Source: Shuttleworthella sp. (GTDB lineage Bacteria; Bacillota; Clostridia; Lachnospirales; Lachnospiraceae). From it: a stretch of DNA of 64,000 nucleotides. The stretch lies in assembly GCA_045544375.1 (NCBI GenBank), contig JAZPYY010000028.1, positions 2,183-66,182 on the forward strand. The letters run 5' to 3'. The translations under genes and the position numbers were made by a program. The notes beneath the pieces were generated by a model. That model was not told the origin of the DNA. It worked only from the letters and a program-made list of their open reading frames with translations, and made no database searches. Below are positions 18,425-27,690 of the stretch, piece after piece; positions within the stretch are counted from its first letter, which is position 1, and the number at the start of each line of letters is the position of its first letter.

Positions 18425-18550
18425 GATTTCTCCCTTCCAGACATGTCCTCGCACATATCTACCTATGAATGATGATACTACTTTAATCATTATCGAAAAA
18501 TTGTTCTATCACAAATTTTTGTTTAAAGCATACTGAATTTTTCTGTTCTC

Positions 18551-18578
18551 TTGATCTATAAATATCGTATGGTATAAT
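18551..18578 (+). promoter_or_regulatory. Strong promoter TTGATC-16-TGgTATAAT (extended -10) reading toward the AraC gene
   Basis: The -35 box is at 18551-18556 and TGG+TATAAT at 18570-18578. Confidence 0.55.
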
Positions 18579-18593
18579 ATGAAGATTCAAACG

Positions 18594-18768
18594 TCAAAAG
18601 TCCGACTCCACGCCACGCTTGCGTGGCAGTGGAGGAGAGACTTATTAGCGTGCCCCACAATGAGGGCGAAGTGGAGGGAAACCTCCACGAGAGCCCGAAT
18701 TGTGGGAGCGCGGTGGGCGCACGAAGTGCGAAGCCGCGCGAATCAGTACTTTTGGCGACTTTATCATA
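18594..18768 (+). repeat. Composite non-coding block: module C copy 2, a GAAA-capped 53-nt hairpin, a GAA-capped hairpin and module B copy 1
   Basis: Module C is at 18606-18645. CCCACAAT..GTGGAGG-GAAA-CCTCCAC..ATTGTGGG is at 18654-18706. GCGCGG..CGCAC-GAA-GTGCG..CCGCGC is at 18708-18739. GAATCAGTACTTTTGGCGACTTTATCATA is at 18740-18768. Confidence 0.65.
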
Positions 18769-18803
18769 TGAATTTAATTGTCTGTCTTTGGAAGGAGGGC
18801 TTC

Positions 18804-20087
18804 ATGATTTCGGAATTCATTTCTTTCGCTCAGGATTTCTTTCAGAAGATGAATCTGCACAGCGCTGTGGTTCCTTTGGATACGCCCGACGAAGCCATGT
18901 CCGACCTGGATCTGGGGCTGCGCAAAACTCTGACCGGGTCGACCGTCTCCCCGGTGCCCTTCTTTCTGGACACCCTCCGGGAAAATGCCCTGCTGTCGGA
19001 AGACACCCACCAGATTCTCTTTTTCACCGATACCTACCGCTGTCAGTACCTGGCGTTTCTGCTGCCGGGGGAAGCAGCCGTCGGGGCAGCCGGTGAGAGA
19101 AGCGGGGCAGCCTTCCTTTTCGTCGCCGGTCCCTGGCTGACCCAGCGCCAGAGCGTCTCCTCCATCCAGGATCTGTGCGAAACCCTGTCCATTCCCCTTT
19201 CCCAGGTGAGTTTTCTGTCGGCCTGGTATTCCACGATTCCGCTGTTTGAGGAGGATCTGATCATCGAGCAGTTTATGGAGAGTCTGGGTGACGTCATCTT
19301 CGGCCGCGGCCAGTTTGTTCTTCGCCGCAAATCCCAGGTCCGGGCAGAGAACAGCACCTATCGGTCTTCCGGATCGGATCCCAATCAGAACACCCTGCAC
19401 CTTTTAGAACGGCGCTATGACCTGGAAGAACAGATGCTGGATGCCATTGGCCGTGGGGACGAGGAAGGTGCCCTGCATGCTTTTGGGGATAAAGTGTTCA
19501 GCGCCCTGGAGGACCGGGCCCAGACGCCTCTTCGCAGCCGCAAAAACGGGATGTTCACCCTAAACACCCTCTGCCGCAAGGGCGCCCAGCGAGGCAGCGT
19601 GCACCCTGTGGACCTGGACGACCTTTCCCGGCGGTTTGCCGTGAAAATCGAGAGCGTACGCACCGAGGAGGAAGCCCGCCAGCTGTCCCGGGAAATGATC
19701 CGCCGTTACAGCCGCCTGGTGCAGACCCGCACCATGGCCGAATACTCTCCTGTCATCGGAAAAGCCATCACGCTGATCCGGCAGAATCTGACGGATGAGG
19801 ACCTGTCACTGGCGAAGCTTTCCGATGCGCTTTCCGTGAACAAAAGCTATCTGGCCACCCTATTTAAAAAAGAAACGGGAACCACCGTGGTTTCCTTCAT
19901 TAACAGCAGCCGTATCGATCACGCCATTTTCCTTTTGAACACCACGGCCCTGTCCATCCAGGAAATCGGTGCTCAAAGCGGCATTCCGGATCCCAACTGG
20001 TTTGCCCGGGTTTTCGCGAAGGAAAAGGGCATGACCCCTTCCGCCTACCGGAAAATGATTCATAAAGAAACGCCGTCGAAGCACTGA
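18804..20087 (+). CDS. AraC-family transcriptional regulator
   Basis: The C-terminus carries a dual HTH (SLAKLSDALSVNKSYLATLFKKETG...IQEIGAQSGIPDPNWFARVFAKEKGMTPSAYR). ATG 18804 follows GGAGGG. The ORF-track 5' extension is read through the repeat block. Confidence 0.85.
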   Translation: MISEFISFAQDFFQKMNLHSAVVPLDTPDEAMSDLDLGLRKTLTGSTVSPVPFFLDTLRENALLSEDTHQILFFTDTYRCQYLAFLLPGEAAVGAAGERSGAAFLFVAGPWLTQRQSVSSIQDLCETLSIPLSQVSFLSAWYSTIPLFEEDLIIEQFMESLGDVIFGRGQFVLRRKSQVRAENSTYRSSGSDPNQNTLHLLERRYDLEEQMLDAIGRGDEEGALHAFGDKVFSALEDRAQTPLRSRKNGMFTLNTLCRKGAQRGSVHPVDLDDLSRRFAVKIESVRTEEEARQLSREMIRRYSRLVQTRTMAEYSPVIGKAITLIRQNLTDEDLSLAKLSDALSVNKSYLATLFKKETGTTVVSFINSSRIDHAIFLLNTTALSIQEIGAQSGIPDPNWFARVFAKEKGMTPSAYRKMIHKETPSKH

Positions 20088-20251
20088 TTTTTCAGTGATC
20101 TTTCTTCTCGATTTTTTTGTGAATTGTGTTATGATATTCGCTGTGTTTTTGTGCACTTTCACATGCACTATCCCATTGACTCTTCAGACGCCGAAAACCG
20201 GTTTTGCGTCAATCTAAAGAGGCGGCGGAAAAAGGCTTTCCGTGTTTGAAT

Positions 20252-20300
20252 CATTTTCATCCGTTGGAAGCATTTTCATCCGTTGGAAGCATTTACATCG
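20252..20300 (+). repeat. Tandem 19-bp direct repeat CATTTTCATCCGTTGGAAG x2 plus a partial third copy in the typA leader
   Basis: 20252-20270 is identical to 20271-20289. The array continues as CATTTACATCG. Confidence 0.75.
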
Positions 20301-20308
20301 AGGTTTCT

Positions 20309-22144
20309 ATGCAGACATCCAGAAACAGTATCCGAAACATTGCCATCATCGCTCACGTTGACCACGGCAAAACCACCTTAGTGGACGAGCTGTTAAAGCA
20401 GAGCGGCGTTTTCCGGGACAACCAGGCCGTGCAGGAGCGGGTCATGGACTCCAACGACTTAGAGCGGGAGCGCGGCATTACCATCCTTTCCAAAAACACC
20501 GCCGTCTTCTACCGCGGCATCAAGATCAACATCGTAGACACCCCCGGCCATGCGGATTTCGGCGGCGAAGTGGAGCGCGTCTTAAAGATGGTGGACGGCG
20601 TCATCCTGGTGGTGGATGCCTTTGAAGGCGTTATGCCCCAGACCCGCTTCGTCTTAAAGAAGGCCCTGGAACTGGATCTTCCCATGGTCTGCTGCGTCAA
20701 CAAGGTAGACCGTCCGGAAGCCCGTCCCGCCGAAGTGGTGGACGAGGTGTTGGAGCTTCTCATCGACCTGGAAGCTTCCGACACCCAGTTAGACGCCCCC
20801 TTTGTCTTCGCTTCCGCCAAGGAAGGCTGGGCATCCAAGGATATGGACACCCCGGGCACGGATATGATGCCCTTGTTTGACACCATCGTGGAAAGCATCC
20901 CCGCCCCCACCGGCGATCCGGATGCCAACCTGCAGGTGCTGATCTCCACCATCGACTACAACGAATACGTGGGCCGCATCGGTATCGGCAAGGTGGACAA
21001 CGGCAAAATCAGCGTGAATCAGAACGTGGTTCTGGTAAACCACCACGATCCGGACAAAAAGGTGAACGTAAAGATCAGCAAGCTGTACGAGTTTGACGGT
21101 CTGCAGCGAGTAGAAGTAAAGGAAGCGGGCATCGGCTCCATCATCGCCATCTCCGGCATTTCCGACATCCACATCGGTGATACCATCTGCGGCATTGCGG
21201 AAGAACCCAAGGCCATCCCCTTCCAGAAGATTTCCGAGCCCACCATCGCCATGAACTTCGTGGTGAACGACAGTCCCTTCGCCGGACAGGAAGGCACCTA
21301 TGTCACGTCCCGCCACATCCGCGACCGTCTGTTTAGAGAACTGAACACCGACGTGTCCCTGCGTGTGGAAGAAACGGATTCCCCGGACTGCTTTAAGGTG
21401 TCCGGCCGCGGCGAGCTGCATCTGTCCGTGCTCATTGAAACCATGCGCCGGGAAGGCTATGAATTCGCTGTCAGCAAGGCCGAGGTGCTGTACAAGACCG
21501 ATGAAAACGGCAAGCGCTTAGAGCCCATGGAACGGGCCTGGGTGGACGTGCCGGACGAATACACCGGCGTCGTCATCGAAAAGCTGTCCCAGCGCAAGGG
21601 CGAGATGCAGAACATGATGCCCATCGTGGGCAACTACACTCGCATCGAGTTTCTGATTCCCTCCCGCGGCCTCATCGGCTACCGGGGCGACTTCATGACG
21701 GACACCCGGGGAAACGGCATCTTAAACACCAGCTTTGAGGGCTACGCCCCCTACTGCGGCGACATTGCCTACCGCAAGCTGGGTTCTCTCATCGCCTTTG
21801 AAACCGGCGAACCCGTGGCCTACGGTCTGTTCTCCGCCCAGGATCGAGGCGCCCTGTTCATCGGACCGGGCACCCGCGTGTACGCCGGCATGGTGATCGG
21901 CCAGGCCTCCCGCGCGGAAGACATTGAACTGAACGTCTGCAAGAAAAAGCATCTGACCAACACCCGCTCCTCTTCCGCCGACGAAGCGCTGACCTTAACG
22001 CCGCCGCGGATTCTGTCTTTGGAGCAGGCCATTGACTTCATTGATACGGATGAGCTCTTAGAGGTCACGCCGGAAAGCCTGCGCATCCGAAAGCGCATCT
22101 TAGATCCGCTGCTGCGGAAGAGAGCCAAAATGAACGGACAGTAA
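20309..22144 (+). CDS. typA: Translational GTPase TypA/BipA
   Basis: [31 protein letters not shown] and NKVDR are present, with EF-G-like domains throughout. Confidence 0.95.
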   Translation: MQTSRNSIRNIAIIAHVDHGKTTLVDELLKQSGVFRDNQAVQERVMDSNDLERERGITILSKNTAVFYRGIKINIVDTPGHADFGGEVERVLKMVDGVILVVDAFEGVMPQTRFVLKKALELDLPMVCCVNKVDRPEARPAEVVDEVLELLIDLEASDTQLDAPFVFASAKEGWASKDMDTPGTDMMPLFDTIVESIPAPTGDPDANLQVLISTIDYNEYVGRIGIGKVDNGKISVNQNVVLVNHHDPDKKVNVKISKLYEFDGLQRVEVKEAGIGSIIAISGISDIHIGDTICGIAEEPKAIPFQKISEPTIAMNFVVNDSPFAGQEGTYVTSRHIRDRLFRELNTDVSLRVEETDSPDCFKVSGRGELHLSVLIETMRREGYEFAVSKAEVLYKTDENGKRLEPMERAWVDVPDEYTGVVIEKLSQRKGEMQNMMPIVGNYTRIEFLIPSRGLIGYRGDFMTDTRGNGILNTSFEGYAPYCGDIAYRKLGSLIAFETGEPVAYGLFSAQDRGALFIGPGTRVYAGMVIGQASRAEDIELNVCKKKHLTNTRSSSADEALTLTPPRILSLEQAIDFIDTDELLEVTPESLRIRKRILDPLLRKRAKMNGQ

Positions 22145-22165
22145 ATATCATCACGATGATCGCAC

Positions 22166-22197
22166 GAAAAAGCGGGCACACATGTGTCCGCTTTTTT
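22166..22197. terminator. Bidirectional terminator between convergent typA and the sulfatase gene
   Basis: AAAAAGCGGGCACAC-ATG-TGTCCGCTTTTTT. Confidence 0.65.
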
Positions 22198-22205
22198 CAT
22201 TTGCT

Positions 22206-23996
22206 TTACTCGATTTTTCCGTCCTTCATAACCTGGACCCATGCAGCCGGATATTCTTCCCTTGAGAACATCTGAGCCATCACTGCCTTAAGTACGTCAT
22301 CCGTGACATCCCGGGTGCCGGCCCTCTTCGCCGTTTCATTAAGGCAGTCCGCCAGCCGGCCGGCATCCTTTTCCGGAAGGATCCGCCCCATGGCTTCATA
22401 TTTCCAGAAGGCATTCTCGTTCCAGACCAGTTCCTCGCATCCCGCCGGCACCAGTTTCTGTGCCCGGGCTGTCTTTTCTGCAGAAAGCTCTTCCGCCGTC
22501 ATGTCATGATCTGCGGATATCCCCACCCGCTCAAACTGCTCCTTCGGAGCATCGCTTTCCAGCATCAGCCGGCGCATGGCAGAAAGCAGCCGCAGCTCCT
22601 CTGTATCATTTTCTGTATATATTTGGGTTTTCTGATCTTCTGCCAGATGATACAGTTTGTTTCCAAACCGGTATTTTGGGCTCACCGTATTGAAATAATC
22701 CCGCACCGGGAATTTCATCAGCGGGGTTCCCTTTGTAAAGGACATGGGCGGCTCCAGCGCAGCCTTTGCCAAAAGCGCCGGTTCCATCCGCCCCCGAAGA
22801 TTCATGGGCACCTGGGTATAGCAGTTTAAGGGAGCGTTTTCACAGTCCTTCGGTGCCCGCATGTATACCCACTGTCCGTCCGTAATGTTGATATGGGCGC
22901 CAAAATTTCCAAAAAGGGCGTATTCCCGCACCGGACGGTCAAAGGCAATCGTCTCCTTCAGAGGCTTTCCCTGCATATCCTTCGGAATATCCACCCCGAA
23001 GAAATCCAGCAGTGTGGGAGCCAGGTCAATGGTCTGCACCAGGGCTTCGCGGCGGGCGTCTTTTTTCCCGCTGCGGGGATCCCAGACAAACAGAGGGGTA
23101 CGCACCAGTTCATTGTACAGCGGCATGATGTTCTTACCCCACCATTGCCGCTCCCCCAGAAGGAACCCGTGATCCGTGTTGACAATCAGCATGGTGTCTT
23201 TCCACATGTCGTAGCGGTCCATCAGATCCAGCACCCGCCCCAGGCACTCGTCGCAGAGAGCCAGCAGGCCCAGATATTTATTTCGGATGCCCCGCACCAG
23301 CTCCTCGCTGTCGAAGGCGGGACCGTAGGACGGCCAGTTGTAGGGCTTGTCATTCGGCTCCGAAAACTCGCGGTCCAGCCGGTCGGGCACCAGAAAGGGT
23401 TCGTGGGGGTCAAAGGTTTCGATCTGCAGAAACCAGTTGTCCTGTCCATGATTGTGCTCCAGAAAATCCAGCCCGTACCGGAAGGTTTCTTCCTGGGGAA
23501 ATTCTCCCCGCTGTCGGATATAAGCGCTGTTAATGCTGTTCTGCAGACGTTTCTTTGCCGGGGGCGTTCCGGGAACGGCGGGATGAAGGTACTGATCGTG
23601 ATCTTCGGCGCCGGGACGGGGTATCCATGCATCCCCTTCCTGTCCCCGCACGTTCTGCCAGGAGGAATACCGGCCATGATAGGTGGCTCCGCCGTCCTCC
23701 CAGTAATGACAGTGATCGGAAATCAGATGGGTGTATATTCCCGCCTGCTTTAACAGTTCCGGCATGGAGTCATCGTAGGGCTCCAGCGGCCCCCACTCCC
23801 GGTGAAGGAAATTGTACCGGCCGGTGTGCAGTTCCCGCCGGGCCGGCATACATGGAAGACTGCCCGCATAATTGTTGTCAAATGTTACGCACTCCCGTCC
23901 CAGGCGTTCAAAATTCGGCAGTCTGTGTTCACCGCTGCCGTAATTTGGCAGGAAATTCCGGTTCAGTGAGTCGTACATGACCATAATGGCTCTCAT
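22206..23996 (-). CDS. Cys-type sulfatase (formylglycine-dependent), no signal peptide
   Basis: The sulfatase core motif C-M-P-A-R (CxPxR) followed by ELHTGR is encoded at 23838-23852. The N-terminal MVMYDSLN is the metal-ligand region. ATG at 23994-23996 follows GGAAAGGAA. Confidence 0.85.
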   Translation of the reverse strand: MRAIMVMYDSLNRNFLPNYGSGEHRLPNFERLGRECVTFDNNYAGSLPCMPARRELHTGRYNFLHREWGPLEPYDDSMPELLKQAGIYTHLISDHCHYWEDGGATYHGRYSSWQNVRGQEGDAWIPRPGAEDHDQYLHPAVPGTPPAKKRLQNSINSAYIRQRGEFPQEETFRYGLDFLEHNHGQDNWFLQIETFDPHEPFLVPDRLDREFSEPNDKPYNWPSYGPAFDSEELVRGIRNKYLGLLALCDECLGRVLDLMDRYDMWKDTMLIVNTDHGFLLGERQWWGKNIMPLYNELVRTPLFVWDPRSGKKDARREALVQTIDLAPTLLDFFGVDIPKDMQGKPLKETIAFDRPVREYALFGNFGAHINITDGQWVYMRAPKDCENAPLNCYTQVPMNLRGRMEPALLAKAALEPPMSFTKGTPLMKFPVRDYFNTVSPKYRFGNKLYHLAEDQKTQIYTENDTEELRLLSAMRRLMLESDAPKEQFERVGISADHDMTAEELSAEKTARAQKLVPAGCEELVWNENAFWKYEAMGRILPEKDAGRLADCLNETAKRAGTRDVTDDVLKAVMAQMFSREEYPAAWVQVMKDGKIE

Positions 23997-24034
23997 GTTA
24001 TATTCCTTTCCGTCCGCAGGTTCCATTCAGAAAA

Positions 24035-25060
24035 TCAGACCGCAGTTTTTTCTGCCCCTGCAAGAGCTTCCATCGCCTTGGCTTTTTTCTTGCGGAACAT
24101 CTCAAATTCCACAATTTTATAAGAGTTATAAGAATAAGCGAAGAAGCAAAGAACAATCAGTGAAGTGATCACGCTCTGCCAGGCGCTGGGGATACCCAGC
24201 TTTCCAATGCCCGCAAAGATGATGGACTGCGTTAATGCGCCGATTACCACACCGGTGTTCCGGTCAAAGTAGCGTCCCAGCAGGTTTCCGATGAACATGG
24301 GCATGAATGCGTTCTGGATATAGGAAACGCTGCCTAATCCCAGTTCCGGAGACACCGTGCCGATGACGCTCATGTTGACCACTCCGGCAGCCGCCAGACA
24401 CACCCCGGCAATCACGTAGCAGATCAGGGTATTGGAAATCTCATTGATACCCATGTTCACCGCGATCTCCTGATCCGAGCGGAGAGCGTTGCAGTGATAG
24501 CCGAACTTTGTACGGTTTAAAAGGATATACAGGACAGCAACGATCCCGATTAACAGCAGGAATACAAAGGGCTGGCGGGCCCAGATCAGCAGGTTGCTCT
24601 TACCGATCAGGGAAACGCCGGATCCGCCGGTGGCCATGAAGCAGATAGCTTCATAAATCATGGCAACGCCAAGGGATACAACCATGGGCGGCAGTTTTAA
24701 CGTAACGTAAGCCAGACCGCCGATTCCGCCGAAAATGGCGCCGAATACCAGGCAAAGCAGAAGCATGACCACCGGTCCTCCGCCGATTCGAAGGGCAATG
24801 GAAGATCCCAGGGCCGTGGACACCAAAAGGGTCGCGCCTACGCTGAAGTCAAACCGGCCGCTGGTCAGGTTGTAGGACACCGCAAGAGCGATCAGGCCGG
24901 AATAAACCGTGTTGGTCAGTATTACAGAGGTATCGTTTCCTAAGCCAAAGCCGGATATACCCCGGCTAAGGCAAAGGAGAAAGAATACCGCATAGGCTGC
25001 CAGCGGGATCACAATCATGATGCCGGCGGTTTTTAAAATCGATTTCATTTTGCTAACCAT
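24035..25060 (-). CDS. ABC transporter permease (CUT2 / RbsC-like)
   Basis: 341 aa, roughly 9-10 hydrophobic segments, in an operon with a dual-domain ABC ATPase. Confidence 0.85.
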   Translation of the reverse strand: MVSKMKSILKTAGIMIVIPLAAYAVFFLLCLSRGISGFGLGNDTSVILTNTVYSGLIALAVSYNLTSGRFDFSVGATLLVSTALGSSIALRIGGGPVVMLLLCLVFGAIFGGIGGLAYVTLKLPPMVVSLGVAMIYEAICFMATGGSGVSLIGKSNLLIWARQPFVFLLLIGIVAVLYILLNRTKFGYHCNALRSDQEIAVNMGINEISNTLICYVIAGVCLAAAGVVNMSVIGTVSPELGLGSVSYIQNAFMPMFIGNLLGRYFDRNTGVVIGALTQSIIFAGIGKLGIPSAWQSVITSLIVLCFFAYSYNSYKIVEFEMFRKKKAKAMEALAGAEKTAV

Positions 25061-25117
25061 CCTTCCTTTTTTCGTTTTACGTCCTCCCCTGCCCGGACTT
25101 TTACTCCATGACGGACC

Positions 25118-26062
25118 TTATCTGGGGAGCAGTTTCGTACGGTATCCCATGGATGTGATGAACACCACCGTCAGGAATACGACGCCGCGCACGATCTGAA
25201 TCATGTCGTTGCTGACACCGCAGATGCTTAATCCGTTGTTTAACACCGTGATGGTAAAGGCACCGATGAGACCGGCGCTGATTTTACTCCGCGGACCGCC
25301 GGAAAGGGGCATTCCGCCTAAAACCACGGCCACAAGAATGTCCTGGCCGATTCCGGCGCCGGTGGAAGAGGTAACCGTCTTCGTTCGCAGAATGGTTACC
25401 AGCGCTGCTAACGCCGCACCGAATCCGCAGATCAGGAAGGAAATAATAATGCTTTTTTTGCTGCTGATGCCAGACTGATCCGCTGCCACGGGATTGCCGC
25501 CCACCAGCTTGTTGGATTTTCCGATCCGTGTGTAATTAAACAGGAATGCTGCCCCGAGGAAAAACAGAAGCAGGATGATCACGCCGGCCCGTGTGGCATT
25601 GGAAACATGTATCAGGCTTCCCATCTGCAGCGTGGTCTGACTGCCCATCAGAACCAGGGCGATGGCGGAAAGGAAATTGCCGAAGATAATGGTTACGATA
25701 AATACCGGCAGCGTCAGATAGGCCGCTGCCACACCCTTAAACAGGGAAATGACCAGGGCAACGCCAAAGATGGTCAGCACCATAACTGCCATGGACTGGG
25801 TACGAAGCCCGGCCAGAGCCGCGGCGATGGAGCAAAGGCAGATCGTCCCGGACAGCGACATATCGATGGCCTTGCAGGAGAAAATGAAAACCGCTCCGAT
25901 GGCGGCGATGGCCGTCACGAATGCCTGGTTTGCCACGATCCGCATGTTTGCCGTGCTTATGGATCGTCCGCCGGTAAGAATGGCAAAGACCGTTATCACG
26001 ATCAGCAGGCCAAGAAGAGGCGCAAAACCGGCCACTTTATCTTTCAGAATTGTCTTATTCAT
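25118..26062 (-). CDS. ABC transporter permease (CUT2 / RbsC-like)
   Basis: 314 aa polytopic membrane protein, paralogous in layout to 24035-25060. Confidence 0.85.
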   Translation of the reverse strand: MNKTILKDKVAGFAPLLGLLIVITVFAILTGGRSISTANMRIVANQAFVTAIAAIGAVFIFSCKAIDMSLSGTICLCSIAAALAGLRTQSMAVMVLTIFGVALVISLFKGVAAAYLTLPVFIVTIIFGNFLSAIALVLMGSQTTLQMGSLIHVSNATRAGVIILLLFFLGAAFLFNYTRIGKSNKLVGGNPVAADQSGISSKKSIIISFLICGFGAALAALVTILRTKTVTSSTGAGIGQDILVAVVLGGMPLSGGPRSKISAGLIGAFTITVLNNGLSICGVSNDMIQIVRGVVFLTVVFITSMGYRTKLLPR

Positions 26063-26075
26063 ATGCCCCTCCCTA

Positions 26076-27581
26076 TCAGATCATGTATTCGATGACAGCG
26101 TTTTCGTTAAAATTCTCCCCGCGGCGCAGTTCTGCCGCCACGGCGCCGTCCTTCATTACCAGAAGCCGGTCACACATGCCGATCAGCTCTGTCAGTTCTT
26201 CGGAGATCATCAGGATCGACTGACCCCTGGCCTTCATGTCTTCCATCAGCTGGTACATGGCTGCTTTTACACCGATGTCTACACCCCGGGTCGGGCAGTC
26301 TAAAATGAGAATGTCTGAATGACGCCCGGTCCATTTGCTGAAAACCACCTTCTGCTTGTTGCCGCCGGAAAGGAATTTCACCTGCTGGTCAATGCCGGCG
26401 CACTTGATGCTTAACGCGTCCACCTGCTTTGCCACGTATGCCTTTTCCGCAGACGGCGTAATCACCGGTCCCTTTTCCACCTGGTCGAAGCCGGCCCCGA
26501 CGATGTTGTCCCGGATGCTGGCATTCAAAACCAGGGCCTCGGTGTCCCGGTTTTTAGACACGTATCCCATGCCGCAGCCGATGGCCGTACGAGGATTGTC
26601 GATGACCGTGCCCGTGGGAACAAAGGTTACGCTGCCGGTAACGATGGGCTCTGCGCCAAATACTGCCCTGCCCAGTTCGTGCATGCCGCAGTGGGACAGG
26701 CCGCCGATTCCCAGGATCTCTCCCTTGTGCAGCTCAAAACTGACATTCTGTGTCAGTCCGCGGCCGGGGGTCATCTGATCCACCCGGATCACCACATCAT
26801 CCTCATAGCTGCACTCATTGTCTTCGCGGTAATAGTGCTCGCCGATTTCCCGGCCCACCATGTATTTTTTCACCAGCTTCTCGTCAAATTCCGCTTTATC
26901 AAGGGTAGCGATCAGATCCCCGTCCCGCAGCACCGTCAGCGAATCGCAGTGGGTCATGGTTTCTTCCAGATCATGGGAAATAAAGAGCACCGCCTTGTTT
27001 TCTTTTTTCATGCGCTGCATCAGGTCATAAATGATGGCCCTTCCTTTCTGGGAAAGCGCTGTCGTTGTTTCGTCAACCACCAGAACGTCCGGATGGTCGC
27101 TCATGGTCTTTGCCACTTCCACCAGCTTCCGGTCCTGAAAGTCCAGGCGGCTCATCAATGTCTGGGGGTTGCAGTCCGTAAATCCAATAGCGCAAAGGGC
27201 TTCCTTTGCCGCGGCGTTCATGGCTTTGCGATCGATGAATCCGTGTTTTTTAAACCGATCCTCCTTGCCCAGAAAAATATTCTGCGCCACCGTAATGCCT
27301 GCAACGGTGCCCATTTCCTGCACGATCATGCCAAATCCTGCAGCTGCTCCTTCCAGCACTGAACCGGGCTTGTGCGGCTGTCCCTTAAAAAACATCTCTC
27401 CGCTGGTTGCAGGCTGCATACCGGCCGCAATGGATGTAATGGTAGATTTTCCGGATCCGTTTTCTCCGATCAGGCCGCGGATCTCGCCACGGTAAACCGT
27501 GAGGCTGACATTTTTCAGCGCCTTGGTGGAGCCAAAATTTTTGCAGATATTTCTGGCTTCAAAGAGCACTTCCCGTTCCAT
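26076..27581 (-). CDS. Sugar ABC transporter ATP-binding protein, fused double ABC domains (RbsA/MglA-like)
   Basis: Walker A GENGSGKST, signature LSGGNKQKV and Walker B ILILDCPTRGVD in the second half. 501 aa. Confidence 0.9.
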   Translation of the reverse strand: MEREVLFEARNICKNFGSTKALKNVSLTVYRGEIRGLIGENGSGKSTITSIAAGMQPATSGEMFFKGQPHKPGSVLEGAAAGFGMIVQEMGTVAGITVAQNIFLGKEDRFKKHGFIDRKAMNAAAKEALCAIGFTDCNPQTLMSRLDFQDRKLVEVAKTMSDHPDVLVVDETTTALSQKGRAIIYDLMQRMKKENKAVLFISHDLEETMTHCDSLTVLRDGDLIATLDKAEFDEKLVKKYMVGREIGEHYYREDNECSYEDDVVIRVDQMTPGRGLTQNVSFELHKGEILGIGGLSHCGMHELGRAVFGAEPIVTGSVTFVPTGTVIDNPRTAIGCGMGYVSKNRDTEALVLNASIRDNIVGAGFDQVEKGPVITPSAEKAYVAKQVDALSIKCAGIDQQVKFLSGGNKQKVVFSKWTGRHSDILILDCPTRGVDIGVKAAMYQLMEDMKARGQSILMISEELTELIGMCDRLLVMKDGAVAAELRRGENFNENAVIEYMI

Positions 27582-27618
27582 GCACGTCTCCCTTCAACTG
27601 TTGTTTGTCCGTTAAAAT

Positions 27619-27660
27619 GCGCCGCGGCTTTGGCAGTATTTCTGCTTTCTGCCGCGGCGC
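27619..27660 (-). terminator. Intra-operon hairpin between the binding-protein and ATPase genes
   Basis: Perfect 10-bp arms GCGCCGCGGC/GCCGCGGCGC, followed on the minus strand by ATTTTAAC. Confidence 0.5.
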
Positions 27661-27690
27661 GCCTTATGTTTGCATCATCCCGCCTCTGTA

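Noticed and set aside
18579-18803. N-terminal extensions proposed by the ORF track (also 328-435, 20204-20308, 46847-47086, 62700-62909, 7561-7710, 29008-29058)
   Set aside because: The extensions run through repeat blocks, oriC or the preceding gene and lack an RBS. In each case an internal ATG with a good Shine-Dalgarno sequence matches the conserved N-terminus of the protein family.
22893-23753. 286-aa ORF on the plus strand
   Set aside because: It is antisense to the sulfatase gene, has a low-complexity Gly/Val/Pro/Arg composition and no RBS. Shadow ORF.
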